A stretch of 64,000 bases of DNA, from positions 13,950,001-14,014,000 of the forward strand of contig OZ249436.1 in NCBI GenBank assembly GCA_965235115.1, given 5' to 3'. The DNA is from Laetmonice hystrix (Eukaryota). The notes beneath the pieces are model-generated. The model made no database searches and was not told where the DNA came from. It saw only the letters and a program-made list of their open reading frames with translations. The translations under genes were made by a program, and so were the position numbers. Each line of letters starts with the position of its first letter. Position 1 is the first letter of the stretch. Of the stretch, positions 25,001 through 35,107 are shown in pieces.

Positions 25001-28000
25001 CATGACTACCCATGTGCTCAGGTACATGACTACCCATGTGCTCAGGTACATGACTACCCATGTACTCAGGTACATGACTACCCATGTGCTCAGGTACATG
25101 ACTACCCATGTGCTCAGGTACATGACTACCCATGTGCTCAGGTACATGACTACCCATGTACTCAGGTACATGACTACCCATGTACTCAGGTACATGACTA
25201 CCCATGTACTCAGGTACATGACTACCCATGTACTCAGGTACATGACTACCCATGTGCTCAGGTACATGACTACCCATGTACTCAGGTACATGACTACCTT
25301 CCACCGGATTAGGGGGAAGGCTGATAGAGATAACGTCCCCGACTGAACCATCTAACATCGATAATTTACCAGGAAGGTCAGATCAAGGAGGTCATAAATT
25401 TACAAGCTGAATGAGAAGGTTCAAGTAGTAAAGCTGCAACAAGACTTCTATATGAATGCCCACCACCCGGCACATGTATGTACATAGTGGCGCGGCGTGC
25501 TTGGATCCCAAGTTATATTTAGTGTACGCGGTCATATAGAGGGCCCCTATATAGGCCGGCCACTACACTTAGGCCCATTTCCTGCGACCATGTCACACTA
25601 ATGGTTGCTTCTTTGACGTTTGGGTTGTCGTATATGGCATTATTCAGAGTGTTCATATAGGTCCTCCCACGTTCCATTAATCCCGATTGATTACACGACT
25701 GTGTGTGTTATCCTGCATTCCCTTTGACTCGGCATCGACCTGACCAATTTGATCACCTCTCCTACAGACCCCTCCTCCTAGAGCCACCCCCTCACATATA
25801 GTGCCTCCAAACTCCTATTTTTACATACTACTTACACGTGGGGCCGGTAGACGCGGCCCAGACACACGACTGTCGCCGGCGGAGACAGTAATTATGTGCA
25901 CGTTATGGATGGCCTGCCTTGATGCTATGTTACCTCCATTAATTGACAGACTGGCTGGGATGGCCGTGATAGTTAATTACACGGCCGGCTAATGACACAG
26001 CTAGCGTAATGTCAAATGACAGCCTCCTTAGGTCATCACTGACCAGTTGTCAAGGGACAAGGGTCAGTGTAGCAGTGTTACTTGTGGTCAGTGGTCAGTG
26101 CCACAGGGCCGCCCTTCAGGTTTCTCCTCCATCCTTTTGTAACGTATGCGCTCATATACTCTGAGGAGGCAAAGTACTACTAGAATGTACAATTGGGAAT
26201 GTATCGAGAAAATAAAAGCCTGTCACCCTAGTGGTCATTTAGACCTGGTGTGAGACATGTAACCTAATATAAAACGTATTTTGCTCCGACCCCGGCATTA
26301 TTTCTCCCCAATTACCGCTGCTTGCAGAGGGTCGAAGCCTTGAGGACAACCGCCGAGCGTGGGGTCAGAGAAGGTGAATACGAGGCCATGCTGACCTACT
26401 TACTGACCCAGGAGTCGTTGACACCGGAGGAGGTTAATGCCCACGCCATTGATATGATGACCGGGGGTGTGGAAACGGTACGACCTGTCATAATTAACCC
26501 CTAATGACAGCGCAGCGTCACATGGCCACCATGACATCGATTCTTGGCACGATTCTTCACAAGAGCATGTGACATATTCCGTTCTTAGTAGGCCTAATAA
26601 TCCTAACAGGTCGATGAAATATACGCTTATCCAATCTGATCATATATTTTAAGCAATTTTGTTTTCACCATTTCCAAGTTTCACCAACTTTCCATGGTAT
26701 AATAATTTTTCATCATCTTACAATCATAAACTATCAGGCATGATACTGCTACAAACTAACCTTGACCCATTCCTACCGTTCTTACGCTATGGGGATAACT
26801 CGTACAGACCTCCAACGCCACGCTCTGGACGCTACTCTGTCTGTCAAAGACGCCTGAGGCACAGCAGACCTTACGTCGCGAGCTGGACGAGGTCTTGCCG
26901 GGCAAAGGTCCGGTAACTGTTGACAAACTGACTGACCTCCGCTACATGAAGGCCTGTCTCAAGGAAACATTCAGGTACGTCTACACGGTAACTGTTGACA
27001 AACTGACTGACCTCCGCTACATGAAGGCCTGTCTCAAGGAAACATTCAGGTACGTCTATACGGTAACTGTTGACAAACTGACTGACCTCCGCTACATGAA
27101 GGCCTGTCTCAAGGAAACATTCAGGTACGTCTATACGGTAACTGTTGACAAACTGACTGACCTCCGCTACATGAAGGCCTGTCTCAAGGAAACATTCAGG
27201 TACGTCTATACGGTAACTGTTGACAAACTGACTGACCTCCGCTACATGAAGGCCTGTCTCAAGGAAACATTCAGGTACGTCTATACGGTAACTGTTGACA
27301 AACTGACTGACCTCCGCTACATGAAGGCCTGTCTCAAGGAAACATTCAGGTACGTCTATACGGTAACTGTTGACAAACTGACTGACCTCCGCTACATGAA
27401 GGCCTGTCTCAAGGAAACATTCAGGTACGTCTATACGGTAACTGTTGACAAACTGACTGACCTCCGCTACATGAAGGCCTGTCTCAAGGAAACATTCAGG
27501 TACGTCTATACGCTAACTGTTGACAAACTGACTGACCTCCGCTACATGAAGGCCTGTCTCAAGGAAACATTCAGGTACGTACGTCTACACGGTAACTGTT
27601 GACAATCTGACTGACTGACGGACCATCCCCGATGCCTAATGAGTGCCATCTGTAATGGGACTGCTCCGTTGTTGGGCCATCGGGAGACAATTTGTGTATT
27701 TTCACATCGCCGATGACTAACGACATTAGTGAAGAATACAAGTTCCTTTCTGGGAACGGAACAGTGGTGACGTATAAAGTGAGGTTACGTTTGACTTCAA
27801 ACGGTGAAGGAAGATTTTGTAAATCGTGTAGTAGTAAGGGTTCACGTATCAGTTAATTATCAGACAGGATCACCAAAATCGATGACAGGCTTTGGTGATT
27901 TCCGCGTCAAGACGCCCTTCTATTGCTGCATGTTTAGCGTGTTGTTGAGTAAAATACATGCATACATGCATGGTTGCATGACTGCCTCCAGTCTAGTCCA

Positions 28001-31000
28001 TTTAGCTAACATCTGTTCACGTGACATCAATTTTATAACACGGATTCCAATCCGATTCTCGGGTATTTCACGGAAAGTTTCATTCGGCTAGAACAAATCA
28101 CCAAGCCTTCGCATGCTTCTGAACTATTGATCAACCCAGGGCAGATTTGCTGTGATTAGGTTAGCAGACTAACGGCATATTTCCATACTAATTCAACAGC
28201 TACATTCGACAGCCACAAATGCTGTTCTCGACTGCATAAGTATCGGATTTTTCATTCTTACAAACGGTCGGTAGTTTTCATTCAAATTAGAGTTTTAATT
28301 ATTCTCTTCAGCAAAACAAAATGTACCGATGTTCAGGAACATGTCGACATGCATGTATTCCCCTCGAAAAGTTAGAACTGCCGCCACCCACCTCACATAT
28401 CCCCTTACACACCCACCCCCTGACACACCCTCTCTCAGACACCCTGCCTCCTCGCCACCCGACCCCACCACCAACCAAACACCCCACCCTACCACCAACC
28501 AAACACCCCACCCCACCACCAACCAAACACCCCACCCTACCACCAACCAAACACCCCACCCCACCACCAACCAAATCCCCCGACCCCACCACCAACCTAG
28601 CCCCCGACCCCACCACCAACCAAACACCCGTCCCCACCACCAACCAAACACCCCACCACCAACCAAACACAGGACCCCACCACCAACCAAATCCCCCGAC
28701 CCCACCACCAACCTAGCCCCCGACCCCACCACCAACCAAACACCCGTCCCCACCACCAACCAAACACCCCACCACCAACCAAACACAGGACCCCACCACC
28801 AACCAAACACCCCACCCCACCACCAACCAAACACCCGACCCCACCACCAACCAAACACCCCACCCCACCACCAACCAAACAGCCCACCCCACCACCAACC
28901 AAACACCCCGCCACCAACCAAACACCCCACCCCACCACCAACCAAACACCCCACCACCAACCAAACACCCCACCCGACCACCAGCGTCTCGCTGACCGAT
29001 CGACACATTGTAACAAGTTGTTAAAGCCTAGACCTGTAGATCGATATGGTCGATCATGATGGCTATATGTACTCCTCTAATAACCTCACGGCAGAGTGAG
29101 TTGGTCACTTCACGTCACACGAACCTGTCAGACAAGTATCTCTTCCTTTAGCTAGACCTCGCACCACTGTGTCCTAATTATTGTCCTACGGTAGGCAGGT
29201 AGAGTAAGATCGTTCGGTCGGGAGGTTGCACACATCACCACCATCTCATCACATGTACGGACTACTTACCGGCGCGGAACGATATACCGCTCGGATACCG
29301 GCGGGCGGCTATCGGCGCTCAACAAGCTTTGAACGCTGGAAAGATTTTCAGACACATTTACCATTCTATGAGGCCGAATGAATTTCTCGCCGTAATTCCG
29401 CAGCTCTCTGCCTACTCTTGGGTATATGAAGAATCAGTATTGACTCGGAAGTCGAGCTCAGCGTCTCATTATAAAGAGAATATTTAACAGGCCACTTTCA
29501 CATCGAGTTTACCATCGAACAGCGGGATTTATTCACTCCTACATAAAACGTTTCACTTTGATGTCTGAATGGTAATGTCCCGGCAGTAATGCATTTTTCC
29601 ATTTAGTATACCAGAAGTCGTTGGTTGCTATTCGGACATATTCACTCGTCAAGTTTTTAACTTTGATTACATCTTCAATTGTTAAAACATTGAATTTCAC
29701 TTTTTATCGGACCACCTTTTAAAGTAAAGTAGTCAAAGCATTTCTTGGCAATTATACATTCAAGGGATTTGGAATAGCACCATTCACACTGAACAATAGA
29801 GAGCTTCACACTAAGATATAATTACTGTATTTTTGTCTCTCCATGGAACCATAGCTGTGGATGAACGCATCCTACAGAACCTTTGGTTCCTTCAATCCTA
29901 GATTGCAGCATATCACAGACACATTTTGCAAAGCAAAATTGAAACAGCAGTTGGTAAATCTACCTTTCCGTCGATATTTATATATGCAGTTTTAGGTGGT
30001 TATATAGCAAAGGAAATGGTATCTGTTGGAAAATATATTTTGTTGATTTTGTTGTACATTTTGTTATTTTTAAGGCTGTACCCGATTACTTTCGCAACTA
30101 GTAGAATAATCGCCAAAGATCTCGAGCTCGGAGGTTTCCATGTTCCTGCCGGGGTAAGTACGAATTGCGATCTGTTCCGTTTATTATTTTTATTTATTTT
30201 TTTTTATTAAATTTTATTTTTTATTTTTAATCCTCGTAGAGTACGCTGACATAATTATTATGCTGCGCAGTTTGTATTTATGTAATATTGAATCTTGTTC
30301 CAAAGGTTTTTCTCCCCTTCACTTCAAAATGACGTGTACATCATGCACATCGTATAACGACGCTTGGTAGAGTTTCCCGATACGTCGATAGTATTGACAT
30401 TTTCTCGCCTGAATGTATTCGTCATGACTTTCGTTTCTAATTTCAATGTGACAAGCCACAAAATTGCCTTCCCCAAATCATTGCAGTGGGAATGTTTATA
30501 TATGTTCAGTTTGAGAGAAACATTTTGGTTGATGATTCTGGTTCTAACTGTCAGTGAGACAGCAGCGTTCATTCTGTTCACGTCACTACGGGATGAAGGT
30601 CTGGCCTGGTTCTCAATCCCATCTCCCAGGTTACCAGTCGGACAGCCAAGATACCCGAGATAACAGAGATACCCCCCCCCCCCGACCAATCTGAGCCCCC
30701 ACCACCACCACCACCAGTCCGAGTCCACCCTGACCAATCTGAACCCCCCCCCCCCCACCACCACCAATCCGAGTCCCCCCCCCCCCCACCGCCAATCTGA
30801 GCCCCCCCACCAATCTGAGCCCCTACGACCAGTCGAGTCCCCCCGGACCAATCTGGACCCACGACCAATCTGACCCCACGACCAATCTGAGCCCCCCCCC
30901 CCACCAATCTAAAGAGAGACGTTGGGTGAACGGTTGCGGCATGTGTTGCCACCACAGAATGTCTGTACTGTAGGGGGGAGTCTACAAGGAGCAAAGCCCC

Positions 31001-31747
31001 CGGCATCTTTCCTTGTGAGACGTTACTTTCACCGATACTATACGGCCGGCCCGGTCGGTCCCAGAGCGTTGTCCAGACTCTTTATCTACTTACTTGGCGG
31101 AAATTGTCAGGCGTTAGAGGGGAGAATCCCTCCTCCTGGACCATTGAGCCTTTATACCTCGTCCTAAGACACTCAATGTGAACGAGTAGGGTCGGGAACG
31201 ACCCCAAGCTGATGGCTCAATTGTCAAAGTCCGCGTGAAAACTAATTAAAGTTCGGCTGGTTATTTGGAAAGGGGACATCAGGTCGACGTAATTCGGGGT
31301 AGGGAAGCTCGATGGCCCTGTAAACAGATTCAGACAGGGCGTATCTGAAGCTGATGACACACATTCACAGAGATTATCGTTAGCAATTGTTAATTTACCG
31401 AAGTGTTTACAATTTGGCGTGTGCCATGTATACTGCAGACCCATGTTCAGGCGAACCTTTACGGGATGGGCCATGACCCAGCCCTGTTTGAGGACCCCGA
31501 GGTGTACCGGCCCGAGCGCTGGCTCCGAGGAGGAGCCGAGGATGACAACACGGCCGCCTTCACCAATCTACCGTGGGGACACGGGGCACGGATGTGTATC
31601 GGTGAGTATAGTCACACTCAGTCATGTGTTGTCTTTTCTCGAGGTGTCTATCCCTGCAGGGTATTCATCTACCTCTACATAAATAATGTCTTCTTCTTCT
31701 ACTTCTTCTTCTTCTTCTACTTCTTCTTCTACTTCTTCTTCTTCTAC

Positions 31748-31779
<32 letters not shown>

Positions 31780-33233
31780 CTTCTCTAAACATTTCTGCGG
31801 GTACCATTGGAACGTATAACTGCAGTAATATTATAGTGTATGGCTTCGATCGGAACATTATAAATTGAAGTTTAAAGTGTGACAATCAGTAAAGGAACAA
31901 CACCTAACACAGTAGCACGTTCCCGACTCCCGCTGACCGACATAATACACAAGCACGTTCTTGTATCTCTATAGGACGTCGAATCGCAGAGCAGGAGATC
32001 TATATTGCGGTTTCCAAGGTAAGCAGAGCTCACTTCAGGCAACTGACCGGTACCATGACGGAAGTGAATGCCACAAGTAAAAAATAAAGTAAAAAATTCT
32101 CTTCTGCTCCCCAGTGCGCTGCCATTAATTAGTTGATCAGGTAGTTGAAATGTTCTCGGACAGACAATGATAGATTATCCCGTACTCGCTCACGAGTGAA
32201 GGATGACATCGTCGTTATAGTTAGTCCATACGTTTAAATCGCGGTATTGCACATATATTATTAGAAGTTGCTCTCTTTGACAGTCACGGCCGGTGATAAA
32301 TCCATCGATGCCAATCTATCACGATTAAGTTGATCCCTGTTCTAAATTATCGTCCATCTTGCATATAGAGACTTTGAAAACGGTCATAAATAATTGAAGG
32401 CCGTGAGAGGACTCGATGGCGCCATGATCGTTCCGCCGCACAACGTCCTTATCCCCTCGCCTTCCTACCCCGTGTCACCTTGTCTGGCACGCAGTTTCTA
32501 GGCCCCTGCCATTTGGCAATCAATCAAAGTATCCACCGATGTCATCATTGTTGCATTAGTCGGAATATTCCACTTGTCACCTCCACGCTCTCCGAGCGGC
32601 AGCCGCCGGCTTGTCACTGATCGGTAGAATGTCGGATCTGGCAGTCGTTAGATTGGTAGTCACTAACACCAATCATACATCACCTGCCAGTCAAACGTCC
32701 ACTTCCGGTGGACGTAGAGGTCACCTACGTCATCGACACGTCACAAACAGGCGTCAACTGTCGACTGGTTTCTTCTACAGGAATTATGGCGGCCAACTGC
32801 GCACGCGTTCGCCGGACCGAAAAACTTGCGATTTGGGTTTCTGGGGGATTATGGTTTATAATGTGACTGGTAATGCGAGTTCACGTAACACCACTGGAGC
32901 CATTTCAAACGTCGTGTGCTGAGATATATAGTTGCTAATGGAAAGCTAACATAGTGGGAATTATTAGGGGACGGGAACCCGTTGTCAGGGACACTCTAGC
33001 CGTCTGTCCTCGATCGACCGGCGCCATCAGTTTTTGTCAATCAGATTGAGGATTGATAGATCATTACATGGTCACCAGCACTCAGATCAATTAATCCATG
33101 GTTGGAGTTTTTCTTTCAGATCATTCAGAATTTCTCGCTCACTCACGATGGAGACTTGCCGGGACCAGTACTGAAGACGGTGATGACACCAGATAAACCA
33201 GTCAGACTTATCTTCAACACCGTGTCCGGTTAG
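21884..33233 (+). CDS. CYP10: Mitochondrial-clan cytochrome P450, CYP10-like; join(21884-22003,22781-22918,23259-23455,23838-24028,24362-24582,26328-26477,26808-26974,30075-30153,31439-31601,31975-32018,33120-33233), 527 aa
   Basis: All introns are GT-AG with consistent phases (total 1584 nt). Motifs: GEEWHRHR, I-helix GGVETTS, K-helix KETFR, PERW, heme WGHGARMCIG. Segments such as LYPITFATSR, THVQANLYGM and WGHGARMCxGRRIAEQE match Lymnaea CYP10 as recalled (not searched). Confidence 0.93.
22781..22918 (+). CDS. CYP10: CYP10 exon 2 (..LRPFEEMPGPKG..GTLWDYVKKNGFRFNKMFE)
   Basis: Mito-clan PFxxxPGP motif; cag| acceptor and |gtatgt donor. Confidence 0.92.
23259..23455 (+). CDS. CYP10: CYP10 exon 3
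   Basis: YGPVYKEKI..GKFPHRIEM; cag| acceptor and |gtgagt donor. Confidence 0.93.
23838..24028 (+). CDS. CYP10: CYP10 exon 4 (C-helix GEEWHRHR)
   Basis: WxxxR motif; AAG acceptor and |gtatgt donor; phases fit. Confidence 0.9.
24362..24582 (+). CDS. CYP10: CYP10 exon 5
   Basis: SIGMVLFEDRIGCL..FMQPLMYNVP; tag| acceptor and |gtagga donor. Confidence 0.92.
24809..25298. repeat. Minisatellite, 24-bp unit, about 20 copies (CYP10 intron 5)
   Basis: CATGACTACCCATGT(G/A)CTCAGGTA. Confidence 0.95.
26328..26477 (+). CDS. CYP10: CYP10 exon 6 (start of I-helix)
   Basis: ..AIDMMTGGVET; cag| acceptor and |gtacga donor. Confidence 0.92.
26808..26974 (+). CDS. CYP10: CYP10 exon 7 (end of I-helix, J- and K-helix), ending at the first of nine donors
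   Basis: TSNATLW..YMKACLKETFR; cag| acceptor and AG|gtacgt donor. Confidence 0.9.
26911..27615 (+). repeat. Minisatellite, 75-bp unit, 9 copies plus a partial copy, spanning the CYP10 exon 7/intron 7 boundary
   Basis: Unit encodes VTVDKLTDLRYMKACLKETFRYVYT; CAG|GTACGT recurs every 75 nt from 26974 to 27574. Confidence 0.97.
28456..28982. repeat. C-rich minisatellite, about 20-24-bp variant units (CYP10 intron 7)
   Basis: CCACCACCAACCAAACACCC variants. Confidence 0.9.
30075..30153 (+). CDS. CYP10: CYP10 exon 8
   Basis: (R)LYPITFATSRIIAKDLELGGFHVPAG; donor |gtaagt. Confidence 0.93.
30680..30910. repeat. ACCAATCTGAGCCCCC / poly-C degenerate repeat (CYP10 intron 8)
   Basis: Repeated accaatctga followed by C runs. 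Confidence 0.75.
31439..31601 (+). CDS. CYP10: CYP10 exon 9 (PERW and heme cysteine)
   Basis: THVQANLYGM..RPERWLR..WGHGARMCI; donor |gtgagt. Confidence 0.95.
31686..31784. repeat. (CTT)n trinucleotide microsatellite (CYP10 intron 9)
   Basis: TTC/CTT run interrupted by CTA. Confidence 0.92.
31975..32018 (+). CDS. CYP10: CYP10 exon 10
   Basis: (G)RRIAEQEIYIAVSK; tag| acceptor and |gtaagc donor. Confidence 0.93.
33120..33233 (+). CDS. CYP10: CYP10 exon 11 (terminal)
   Basis: IIQNFSL..VMTPDKPVRLIFNTVSG*; tttcag| acceptor; AATAAA at 33283. Confidence 0.92.
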   Translation: MIQNFSLTHDGDLPGPVLKTVMTPDKPVRLIFNTVSG

Positions 33234-33594
33234 GGCACAGCTGGCATGAGGAAGGACGTCTGAGGACAGCTCAGACTCTGTGAATAAAACAAGGCAGATT
33301 CTGAAGAAATATTTAGTTTAAAAGAGACCATCAATTTCTCGAGCCGCAGCCAATTTTGTGTCTGGACACATGTGTCGCAGCTTGCCAGGACGGTTGAGTG
33401 CAAGTTATGCCCAGACAGAGAGGGGAGAAAGTGGGCATAAAGAAAGAAGAGGGGACGGGGGGTACATAATGAAGGTAATATATTACGCAACAATAATCAG
33501 GGCTGTAATCCTCAGAACTACGGAAACGGTCCAGAATAATGTAACAATAATCATGTCTATAGCTAGAGTTTATGAAAGCTCTTGGTTTATCGTT

Positions 33595-35107
33595 TGATCA
33601 GATAGTAGGAAGACATCGTCACAATAATCTATGGTTGACTTTGGTTTATATCTACTCACTATAATCTGATCAGATAGTAGGAAGACATCGTCACAATAAT
33701 CTATGATTGACTTTGGTTTATATCCACTCACTATAATCTGATCAGATAGTAGGAAGACATCGGCACAATAATCTATGGTTGACTTTGGTTTACATCTACA
33801 CACCATAATCTGATCAGATAGTAGGAAGACATCGTCACAATAATCTATGGTTGACTTTGATTTACATCTACTCACTATAATCTGATCAGATAGTAGGAAG
33901 ACATCGTCACAATAATCTATGGTTGACTTTGGTTTATATCTACTCACTATAATCTGATCAGATAGTAGGAAGACATCGTCACAATAATCTATGATTGACT
34001 TTGGTTTACATCTACTCACTATAATCTGATGAGATAGTAGGAAGACATCGTCACAATAATCTATGGTTGACTTTGATTTACATCTACTCACTATAATCTG
34101 ATCAGATAGTAGGAAGACATCGTCACAATAATCTATGGTTGACTTTGGTTTATATCTACTCACCATAATCTGATCAGATAGTAGGAAGACATCGTCACAA
34201 TAATCTATGGTTGACTTTGGTTTATATCTACTCACCATAATCTGATCAGATAGTAGGAAGACATCGTCACAATAATCTATGATTGACTTTGGTTTATATC
34301 TACTCACTATAATCTGATCAGATAGTAGGAAGACATCGTTACAATAATCTATGGTTGACTTTGATTTATATCTACTCACTATAATCTGATCAGATAGTAG
34401 GAAGACATCGTCACAATAATCTATGGTTGACTTTGGTTTACATCTACTCACCATAATCTGATCAGATAGTAGGAAGACATCGTCACAATAATCTATGATT
34501 GACTTTGGTTTATATCTACTCACTATAATCTGATCAGATAGTAGGAAGACATCGTCACAATAATCTATGGTTGACTTTGGTTTACATCTACTCACTATAA
34601 TCTGATCAGATAGTAGGAAGACATCGTCACAATAATCTATGATTGACTTTGGTTTACATCTACTCACCATAATCTGATCAGATAGTAGGAAGACATCGTC
34701 ACAATAATCTATGGTTGACTTTGGTTTATATCTACTCACTATAATCTGATGAGATAGTAGGAAGACATCGTTACAATAATCTATGGTTGACTTTGGTTTA
34801 CATCTACTCACCATAATCTGATCAGATAGTAGGAAGACATCGTCACAATAATCTATGGTTGACTTTGGTTTACATCTACTCACTATAATCTGATCAGATA
34901 GTAGGAAGACATCGTCACAGTAATCTATGATTGACTTTGGTTTACATCTACTCACCATAATCTGATCAGATAGTAGGAAGACATCGTCACAATAATCTAT
35001 GATTGACTTTGGTTTACATCTACTCACCATAATCTGATCAGATAGTAGGAAGACATCGTCACAATAATCTATGGTTGACTTTGGTTTACATCTACTCACT
35101 ATAATCT
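33595..35107. repeat. Minisatellite, 72-bp unit, about 21 copies
   Basis: ATCAGATAGTAGGAAGACATCGTCACAATAATCTATGGTTGACTTTGGTTTATATCTACTCACTATAATCTG. Confidence 0.96.

Noticed and set aside
24812-25358. Four overlapping 160-180-aa repeat ORFs
   Set aside because: Translations of the 24-bp intronic array.
28295-29024. Pro/Thr- or Gly/Trp-rich ORFs
   Set aside because: Low-complexity array inside CYP10 intron 7.
31602-31885. Poly-Phe, poly-Ser and poly-Glu ORFs
   Set aside because: (CTT)n microsatellite after the exon 9 donor.
33570-35099. 509-aa ORF with a 24-aa repeat
   Set aside because: Confined to the 72-bp array, with an arbitrary start inside the repeat; a by-product of unit length being a multiple of 3.
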